Below are positions 20,750 through 30,652 of a stretch of DNA of 35,042 nucleotides, piece by piece. A program made the translations under genes and the position numbers. The notes under the pieces are model-generated. The model did no database searches, was not told where the DNA came from, and saw nothing but the letters and a program-made list of their open reading frames with translations. The stretch is taken from NCBI GenBank assembly GCA_002104905.1, contig MCFE01000797.1, positions 1-35,042 of the forward strand, read 5' to 3'. Within the stretch, counting starts at the first letter, position 1. The number at the start of each line of letters is the position of its first letter. This DNA comes from Basidiobolus meristosporus CBS 931.73 (lineage: Eukaryota > Fungi > Basidiobolomycota).

Positions 20750-22156
20750 TATGCCACTGTTCATTCACTGGTTTCCACACATCCTGGTCTTCAGCCAGCA
20801 CTGCAAGGTCTAGCACCTCATCTGCCAGTATTTGTAATCAATCCTTGCAATATTCCAGTGTGTTTTCTTGAGCACTGCTCATGAAGAAGTGCCACAACCT
20901 CTTGGTGTGCCTATTAATGTTCCAAAATTCCACCAAAGACATTGTCATAGTCTTTTGAGTCCTTGATGTTGTAGCCTTGTCTGTCAGTGGGATCTCCACT
21001 CTGTCAACAATGGAGGATGTGGAGGCTGTGGTAGACAAAGTGCCTTTTTCTGCAAGCTCATCTACCATGCTGGAGGGTAGCTCAACTGGCTGCGCTTCCA
21101 ACTCTTGTGAAAACAACTGTTTTTGTATTGGTAAGTCTTCTTGGCTACAAAGGGATTCAGTCTGTTCTGGGCTTGCGGCATTAATTGGCAAGAACTGCAG
21201 TTTTTTTTGCATGCCTCCCTGTCTAAGGTTTGGGTAGACATTTTTCCCTTTACCTTTTCCTTTATCACTGCCAGGTCTTTCACTGCTACTTTGTTTGAGT
21301 GCTTCTTGTAATGAACTACATTTTCTCCTTGATAAAATCTGCTTTGACACATCTGTTTTGACCTGCTTGTCCCTTGCTGGCACTCTTCTGGCAACCTAAT
21401 GTTTCTTTTCCACTTGTTTTGAGCTCTCAACCATAGTTGTGACAGGCTCCTGTAAAAGCTGCTGGTTTTATCACTGCCGGGTCCTTCACTGCTACTTTGA
21501 CTGAGTGCTTCTTTAGTAGTACTATGCTTTTTCCTTCATAAATGTTGTGCTGGTGCATTTGTGTCTGCCTACTCTTCATTATTGCACCCAACAGCTTCAA
21601 AGATCTTCAATGTCTTTTGATTTTTAGGCTTTGGTATAAACACCATATTATCTCCCTCCCATGCTGTGATAGGTTTTTCTGTGGGCTTTATCATTGGGCA
21701 CTGTTGTTGTGCTTCAAAGAGTGTACAGTGTTCCTCTACTGTTACATTGGGAAATGGCTCAAATCTTGGCTGTGACATTGAGCTACTTAAGTTCCTGCTT
21801 TGCAGCAAAGATACTGCATTCTCTACCTGGGATACTGATTGCTCTACATGTATTATCTGCTTGTCCTGTTTATGGACTATTTCCTGATTTCTCTGGGCTA
21901 TTGCATATATCCTATCAGCCACTGCACCTAATTACTTCATTAATGCTTTGGTATGAGCTGATAACATGCTTGCTAATATGGGTGGTGGTGATGTTATGAT
22001 GGCCACTTGCAGGTCTTCAACTGAGGGCACTGTGTTTGCTACATTCTCATCTGCCTGAGCATAACTGTCAGCTTATGGCTCCACCAAGGTTCTCAGTTGC
22101 CTACTTGACTGCGAGCCTGAGGAGTCCACATTATTACCTTCAGTGGGCACTGTCAT
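20750..22156 (-). pseudogene. Decayed second gene of the CACTA element, divergent from the transposase; unknown function
   Basis: ATG at 22156 (MTVPTEGNN...), coiled-coil-like fragment 21569-21922, fragment 20838-21383; homologous fragment in C1 (7917-8207); ~75-bp internal direct repeat (21261 / 21467). Confidence 0.5.
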
Positions 22157-22327
22157 GATCACATGACATCCCTGGTCTCCAACTATCTAGCCAGATCAAG
22201 TCAGTTGAGAAATCCCAGTTCCTTCTAGAGAGTTCTACTACATTCTAGCAACTTTTTGAAAGCTCCAAGTCAACATTACACAATGGAAAATTCTATGGAA
22301 GCTTCCCATTAGAATTTATGCAGTCCC

Positions 22328-22675
22328 TGTTGTAGAAATTTGTATTTCCACCTAAATACTCACCTAACTTAGTCACTTGGATCATTACCTTCAAATCCTA
22401 GAGAATACTGACCAAATTCCTTGTTGGGATTTACATAGAATATTTTCACCAAAATACCAGGTACCCAGAACATGAAAATTCTCAAAGTTGTCCAAACAGC
22501 CCCAAACTTTGCACACATGTTCTTGGGACCTTCCTTAACCTATTCTACATGTTTGTAATGCCAAGACCATGTAAAAGTATAAATACTACTTTTATATTCA
22601 ATAAATCATTAGTGAAAACCCCATTATCTACTTGTTCTCCCAATCACTTCAAATATCTCCAAGACTCTTACAACA
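22328..22675 (+). mobile_element. Solo LTR of copia family A (S2)
   Basis: 348 bp, ~96% identical to copy A LTRs; TSD GTCCC on both sides. Confidence 0.96.
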
Positions 22676-23548
22676 GTCCCATGCCATATATGGTAGCTAC
22701 ATGTCACATGACCTAGTCACGTGATCAGCTGATCCCTGACATATCTCCATGTGATATTCCAGTCTTTTCTTGATTATATTCTATCTTGGCACACTTACTG
22801 TGCCTCACCCCAGAACCCCATCAGTACTAGCCAATATCTCTTGGCATCCATATTGCCACAAAGTGTATATAGTCCTATCCCCCCTTGTATATTCCTCAGT
22901 CTGATAAACACAGGTCTTGAATAAACAGCCTTGCCTTGTTGATCCACAACTAAGTCCTTTCCTGGTCCTGCCTTGCCTAGCCCTACTCTCCTGCCTTGTG
23001 TCTATTCATAACAGGCACACTGTTAACATGGCCTTTTTTGGATGTAGCCCTGCTTGTTGCACTGAATGTCAAAGCAAGCTGTTGTCCAACTCTTCTTCTG
23101 TTGCCATCAGTGGTGGGGTTTGCTTGGGAACCAGACAACTTTGCTTTATTACTTGGCAGCATATATACAGAAGTGAGTCAAACTAAAGGGGAAGTAGTAT
23201 AACATATACATGTGTATGTGATGCCACAACTTCATCTATAATGCTTACTATGGCGGGTCATCATTGAATCCTACATTCTTGTAGGTGCAATGTCTCAAAT
23301 ACAAGACTGTCTTAAATTCACATGAGTATTGACCAAAAAGTGATATAATAGCATTACATTTTTGAAGGTCACGCTGCTTGCCCCATGGGCAAGACCACTT
23401 TGACACAATGCTGTAAGAAAAGAGAAAAAAGGCCATGTGGCTATTGTAGCAAGCTGCTCAGCTGTGAAGCACTCAAACAGCAGTTAATACTTCTATATTA
23501 GCCCCTGGCCATCTTTGTCACCTAGAGCAAACTGAGTCAGGTGAATTT

Positions 23549-25967
23549 GTGACACCTTTATGCTCACCTCAACCTTCTGAATATGGCATGCAAAGTGATA
23601 GATCTGACAAGGAAGGTTCACAGATGGATTGTGAGCCTATCTCCCCTAACAACAGTACTATATATGAGCCTGGTCAAATCCCAATATGCAATGAGACAAC
23701 TACCATTAAAAAAATGCCAAGGATACTTTATGGAGCCCAGTGGGCCCAGTAATCCATCCACAAGTGAATGATATGATGTTGTGGCTAGAGAAGGGGTGTG
23801 TTTCCACTAATATCAGTAATGGGGGCTTTGGGGATTTATTACTACTTCTTGCCAAAATCATTCCAGGATGCAACTTACCATGTACATAGTAAAAGTGGAC
23901 AACCATCATGCGGCTGGCAACATATGATCCAGGGACTGTCCTGATTTCAGCATGTGTTAACAGTTGCATGGCATTGACATCCAAAAATGCATCCATTGCA
24001 ACATGTCCAAATTGTCAGGAATCCACCACCATTGAGGGAAAACAATGTACACACTCTGCATATATTCCAATAATATACCATCTGAGGAAGCCAATGCAGT
24101 CCAACAAATATTGCAAAGTTATACAGTACTGCACTCAGTATCAATCAAGTGCAAACATATCCAATATATTCAATGGGAAACATTACAAACAGCCAAGAAG
24201 CAAGGGCTACTTTGAAGGTATGTATGACCATGCCTTTGCCTTAGCACTTGATGGATTCTCATCAAACAAGTACTCTACCAGCAAATCCTGCTGGCCACCA
24301 ATTCTCACCAATCTGAATCTGCCACCCATCTTGCAGTATCAGAGCAATAATCTGATAGTAGTCTCACTGGTATCTGGGCCTAAATCACTGTCCAACCTGG
24401 ATAGCTACCTGTATCCATTGCTGGATGAATTTTGTATGCTTTCCAGTGGGATAGCAGTAAATGGCCATCATGGAAAAGCCCATATTATTATATGCACTGG
24501 AGATAGCCCAGCCATCAGCAAGATAGCAGGGTTTTCCAAGCATAATGGACAGTATTACTGTTGAATGTGTGAGATCCAGGGGATTTACTCCATAACTCAC
24601 ACATATTATTATTACCCAAATGCCAGCATTACATACATCATCTTTCCACAGAGAGAATGTACAGAAGTTAGCATGCAATTGCAGCAAAGTTGGCAAGCTA
24701 TAAGCTATTGGCCAGAATATGGAATCAATTGGAAACCAGAGATACTTAAGATAGAGGGTAACTATTGGAGCAAAAGCTTTCCACTGGGAGCAATGCATTT
24801 GCTTTTCAACAATATCCCTATACTGATGACCAGGTTGTACATAGGGCATTTCAAGCTAAATGAGCTCTTCAAGATACTGGAGAAATTTGAAAGAATTGGC
24901 AAGATATTACAAAGTATCCGCTACCCTAAGTACTTCTCACAAGCTCCAATCAATACTCATATGCATATACAACAATACAAATGCAAAGACTGGATGAACT
25001 GGATATGTATTTATTCAAGAGGCATTCCAATGCCATTTCTACCAACAGTACAATGGAAACATTGGAAGTCATATGTGTACATTTTAGGAATATTTATCCA
25101 CAAGCCAATCACTAATGTCAACTTGACACATCTACAGCTGTTGTGTGAGCAGTTTGTGATGGGATTTGAGTGGCTATACTACAAACATAAAGCTGAATGC
25201 ATAGATATCTGCTGCAGCTGTATCCATTTTTGACTCCATCTTGCATGGTGTGTGGAAATATTGGGCCTTGCTTCACCTTTTAGGAGTTTCCTATGGAGTG
25301 GATGTGTGAGGAGATAGGAAGACAAGTCAAGTTACAGGAACTACCACATCCCAAACTCATTAATAATATTACCTTTAAGTCTGTCATAGATGTGATGAGT
25401 AGGCACATGAATGACAGCCAGGAAGAGTTGGAAAATATTGAGGACAAATGTGTACATGAAAACACCTATGCCTATGGCATTAAGAAGCTAAGCAGCCCCA
25501 ATATGTGGGTAATCAGTCAAGTACTGCAAAGTTGGGTTAGGTGCAACAAACAACTAATTTTATTAGGAAAACTCTACCAAGGTGTGTTGGATTTCTCTTG
25601 GTCACAAGCCAACTTCTACACCATTCAATACAAAATTCACACAAACAAGAGCCAGAGTGCACCTATAAGGGGGACTAGAATCCAGCAGGAAGAAGGAATA
25701 TATTGATTAAGTGTCAAGAAGTTCTTTGCAGATATTTGGGTGGAATTCATGGCAGAAGTGGCAACAATCAAGTATATGTTTGCAAGATGCATATGTTACC
25801 AGCAGTACAAGGTATATGGCAACTTTGCAAGTGTCACACTAAAAAGCCGTAAAGTTGAGGTGATAGAAGTGTGTCAATTGCGGCAGGTGCACATATTTGT
25901 AGAGGTTAGTAAGCAGGAGGCCATAGTTTTTTTTAGATTTGAAATATATGTGGAATACCCAAGGTAG
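23549..25967 (+). pseudogene. CACTA/EnSpm Tnp2-type DDE transposase with DUF4218-like region, disrupted
   Basis: ACVNSCMA...CPNC; ALALDGF...SCWPPILTNLNLPP...GPK...LDSYLYPLLDE; CTGDSPAISK..G.....C*MC; LHLA...FPMEWMCEEIGRQVK. Boundaries approximate. Confidence 0.9.
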
Positions 25968-26684
25968 AAGTGGGTAAGCAAATAAAGAGGGGTAATTCTA
26001 CAGAGGAATATATGAATTGCACAAGGGGAGGTAGAAATAGGAAGTACCATTGGTTAAATTGGTACAGTAGCATTATACAGAATCAGCTGTAGGCTGCCAT
26101 ACTGCCCATCCAAAGCCATTGGAGTTTTGCTTAGAGCTTGTTGAAATACAATCATGTTTCTTGTCATATAATGCAATTAGATGTCCTGGCCAGTTGGATC
26201 CATTTACAATAGTTGTAGAGCGCAATAAGACCACAACAATATCATGCAATTATTGTTACAGCACCAATCAAACCCCATCAAGTTTTATCACTTTATTTGG
26301 TAGTAAGATTAGCAAAATGCCATTGTAATCCCATCATAAGATTATTAAGAGGGTCACTAATTCCAAGCTGCTGGCATTATGACAGTCTCTCAATGGGATC
26401 TTGATGGCTTTTCTGGATTGGATCCACCTACAGGACCAAATTATTTCTCATAGGGTGCTTGTAATGGACTCTGTAGAATGCCACTAGCTTTCAGCAATGG
26501 CACCCTTGCTTTTCTGCCCTTGATAGTTTCTGCTAATCTTAAGATACTTTCTTAGCATACCAGAGCCAGCTTAAAGTCTGCTTGCTTGTTTGAATCCAGA
26601 AAAATGCTCACAGAGCATGTCAAGCACATTCAGCTTGGCCTGGAATTTGTGATGGCCCCATGGTATACTGGCCTTAAGGTGATG

Positions 26685-27140
26685 CCCCATGAGAAATACT
26701 TCTGATGATCCTGACACAAGGCCATGACAAAATTAAATTCCCACAACTGAGAGGTATTGATCATGTCAGAACACCATGCAAAGACCATTGAAAGATGATT
26801 GCACCCCAGATTTTGCAAAAAGCTTTGTTGAAATTTTTCATCAAAGCAATATATGGGTGGTTTTTGATTAGTCCTTTGCCAATTCTCTCACTTTCTGATC
26901 CTGGACACTCAATAACCGCCTATGTTTGCTCACATTGATTGGCTGTTGCCTCCACATCACACACCTTACTTCCTGACTCAACCAATTGTCTTACTTTTCA
27001 TGCACACAAATTAATCTGTCTGTTGAAACTTCAGTTGTACCTCAGTTGCCAATTGTATTGACCTGTACAAGTCCCTATACCCAACATCAACATTAAGCCC
27101 AACAAGTAACTCCTTTAAAATCCACCATTCAGTAAATATT
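26685..27140 (+). mobile_element. CMC/CACTA left arm, copy C3
   Basis: Terminus CCCCATGAGAAATACTT, then GATGATCC... colinear with the C1 and C2 left arms; interrupted at 27141 by C4. Confidence 0.8.
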
Positions 27141-27500
27141 CCCTACAAAAAATTATTGCAATGATCCTATCAAAAGGCCATAGCCAATTCTAAGTCCCAT
27201 GACTAAGAGGTATGGATCCCATCAGGACACCCCGCAAAGACTGTCAAAAATAAATGCACCTCAGATTTCACAAAAAACCTGGTCAAAATTTTTCATGAAA
27301 ACAATACAAAAGTGGCTTTTGATTGGTTCTCTGCCAATTTTCTCACTTACTGATCCCAGACACTCTATCACCTCCAATGTTTGTATGCATTGATTGGCTA
27401 TTGCCTCTTATTCACACTCCTTACTTCCTGACTCAACAGTTTCTCTTACTTTTTATGCTTACAAATTAGACTTGTTCCACTGGATAGTGCCACATAAAGC
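27141..27500 (+). mobile_element. CMC/CACTA left arm, copy C4
   Basis: Terminus CCCTACAAAAAATTATT; colinear with the other left arms; ends where the copia E LTR begins. Confidence 0.8.
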
Positions 27501-30500
27501 AGTTGAAATACTGCTCAGCAGCTAAAAGTTTACTTGACAATTCTGGACTAGTCTTGGTCACTGTGGGACTAATTTACAGCTCCAAATATGCCACTTTCTT
27601 CAGATCCTTGATCCTATGATGATTCCCCTATAGTCAGGATCAAATTAGCACTATTACTAAACATTATGTACTAACCCTGAAACTGTTACAGAATGCTCCT
27701 GAATATTGAGAAACCCTCCTTACTTAGTGTTACAGCTGTATTGCTTCTACAAAGGTATAAGTACTGAGCTTCTTTATTAATAAACAACAGCTCAACAATT
27801 ATCACTATTTCTTGAGAAGTTCCTTATATCCAAGTCACTTCTTAAATTGCAACATGTTATGAGCCCTGATTGCCTTAATCTATTTTAAAGATGACTACTG
27901 CCAGCAAACAGAACAACACAAACATCTTTCCTGTAAAGGGGAGGCTTGATGGAAAAAACTACAGACACTGGAGAATCAAGATGCAGAACCACCTTGAGGA
28001 AAGGAAGCTTTGGAATATAGTAACAGGAAAAGAAGTTGAGCCCAAAGGAACACCAGAAGAAGTGGAGAAGTTTCAAGAGAAGGAGAGAAAAGCCTTTAAA
28101 GCCATATGTATTAATGTATAAGATTCCTTCATTGGACAAATCCATGCCTCAAATACTGCCAAAGCAGCATGGGAATCCTTAGAGAAGATCTTTAGAGCAA
28201 AGTTAGTATCAAGCAAACTTTATTTAAAACAAAAGTTCTTCAACATGAGGAAGAAGCCAGATGATGACATGCAACAACTCATTACCAGACTGGTGACACT
28301 TGCAGAAGAACTTTACAGTATTAATGCTGGTGTAGATGATGAAGAATAGATACTCTGTCTGCTTTGCAGCCTACTAGGCAAGTATGAGTCACTCACACTT
28401 TCTTTTGAAAGCAGAGAAGACAGTTTGACTTTAGACTTTGTCAAAGGAAGACTTCCCCATAAAGAACTCAGATATAATTATCAAGCAGAGAAAATTGAAG
28501 ATAATGCTTTATTCAGTCCAGAAAGACACTCAGAAAAGAAGGGAAAGCAACAAAACCAAAGAAAACCTGGTTGCACAACTATTGTAAAAAGCCAGGACAC
28601 TGGGCAAGAGAATGCAGTAAGAAACAAGCCGACAAAAAACAGAAACTAGAGCAGGCAAGCCATATAACTGCTGATGAACATTTATTTGTAACTGTACAAG
28701 AGAGTGCAAGTAACCAAAGTAATGAATGGTATATTGACTCTGGAGCATCACAGCATATTTGTGGTATAAAGGAGTGGTTCAGCAACTTTAAGACTATTAC
28801 CATAGGAAAGGTTTATCTGGGAGATAACTCTGCTCTGGATGCTACCACCAGTGGGTCTATACAGCTAAATTTGAGCAATAGCTCAGGGGTAACAACAGCA
28901 ACACTGACTGATGTACTCTATGTACCTGAAATAGCTAAGAACCTACTCTCAGTCAGTAAAGCAACTGCTCAGGGACTGAAATTTGTTTTTACTAAGATGA
29001 GCTGCTCAATATGGAGTGAAATGGACAAAAATTAGCTTTGGGAATCAGAGATCACAAATATACAAGTTACAATGCAAGATCAGTGTACCTGAGTATGTCA
29101 ACATTGCTGAAACTGATGAAACCAACTGAGATACATGGCATAGGGGGCTAGGACACATTGGGGAAAAGAAAATGAGCCAATTGGTGAAAAATCAGCTAGT
29201 TTTGGGCCTAAAATACTCAATTTCAATCAAACTGAAGGTTTGTAAAGGATGTTCATATGGCAAACAAGCTAGGGAATGTTTCAGAAGCTCAGAAGGCATC
29301 AATACCACCAAAATACTGGCTATTGTACACTCAGACATATGTGGCCACATGAGAACACTGTCCTTTGGAGCCAAGAGATACTTTATGATGTTTATTGGTG
29401 ACAAAACAAGATATATATGGGTTTACTTCCTCAAAACAAAGGATGAAGCATTGGTGGCGTTTAAGCACTTCAAGAACATGGCAGAAACACACACTGGGTG
29501 TAAATTGAAGGTACTGCAAAGTGACAATGGAGGAGAATACTGTTCAAAGGAGTTTGCAAAATACTGCTCATCTACTGTTATACCTCAAAGGCCACAGTTA
29601 CTCATACTCCACAGCAAAATGGAGTAGCCAAACGTCCAAATAGAGCAATAGTAGAGATGAGAAGATCTATGCTACATAATAAGAGAAAGGACTACAAGTT
29701 TTGTGCTGAATCTGTTGCTAGCACAGTATACACCTATAAGAGATACCCAACAGCACCACTATATGATTCTCCACCCTTTCAGGCATATACAGGCAAAGAA
29801 ACCAGACCTCCAGCACCTCATTATCCTTAGCAGTGGTGTCTTTTATCACATTCCTGACAAAAAATGCTCAAAGCTGCAACCAAAGAGTAGAATAGTGATC
29901 TTTCTTGTGTATTGTGTTGAAACTAAAGGGTATAGAGTGCATGATGGCAAAATCCAGAAGCTGATCAAGAGCAGTGACATTGTATTTGGGGAGAATTCAG
30001 ATCAGAGAGCCACTGAAATCATTGGCTGGCTGCCTGTTGATGCAATCAATACCAACAAGGAAGAAACATACCTAATTCAGCCAGATAAGGAAGATAATTT
30101 AGGAAGACAATTTTACCAGTTCCAGATCAGAGCAGATTATCACAGTTAGGAGATCTACCAGAATAATAAATGCCCCTGGATCCTGATGCAGTTATCCAAT
30201 GATTATGAAGAAGCTTATCTTGCCTTATATGACAAATGTGAGAATCTGGAACAAGCAATGCAAAGTCCAGATGCTACTATGCAGCAACAAGCCATGCCTG
30301 AGGAGGACCAATCACTGATCAAGGCAAAAACGTGGGAACTGGTAAGTTACCAAATGGAAGAAAGGCAATAGGATGTAGATGGGTCTACAAGGTCAAGATA
30401 ATCTCAAATGGTACCATTGATAAGTACAAGGCTATATTGGTGGCAAAAGGCTATTCCCAGATCCAGGGACTAGACTTTCAGGAAACATTTGCTCCAGTAG

Positions 30501-30652
30501 CCAAGTATAGCTCCATTAGGACAGTTCTAGGCCTGGCAGCTGTACACAGTCTAGAACTACACCAAATGGGTGTTAAAACAGCCTTTCTAAGTGGGGATTT
30601 ACAAGAAAGTACATTTATGGAGCAGCCATAAAGTTTTACCACTCCAAAAGGC
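27501..30652 (+). mobile_element. Degenerate copia family 2 element (copy E): 5' LTR to early RT, interrupted by copy F
   Basis: LTR 27501-27854 homologous to 30653-31021 (first base mutated, ~17-bp deletion); PBS TGTTATGAGCCCTG; gag ATG 27891; fragments with DSGAS, HSDICG, SDNGGEY, FAPVAK, HQMGVKTAF. Confidence 0.92.

Larger units (their letters stand above)
8410..26455 (+). mobile_element. Complete CMC/CACTA (EnSpm-like) DNA transposon C2; ~5.9 kb once nested insertions are removed
   Basis: Imperfect 17-bp TIRs CCCTATGAAACATTATT (8410) and CCCTATGAGAAATAATT (reverse complement of 26439-26455), 14/17 match; 3-bp TSD TGC (8407-8409, 26456-26458); internal Tnp2-type transposase remnant. Confidence 0.88.

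Noticed and set aside
8519-26455. Classical RIP as the main decay mechanism
   Set aside because: Diagnostic changes I could polarise are mostly in CpG context; some CpA-type changes (TGG>TAG, CAA>TAA) occur, so a minor contribution is not excluded.
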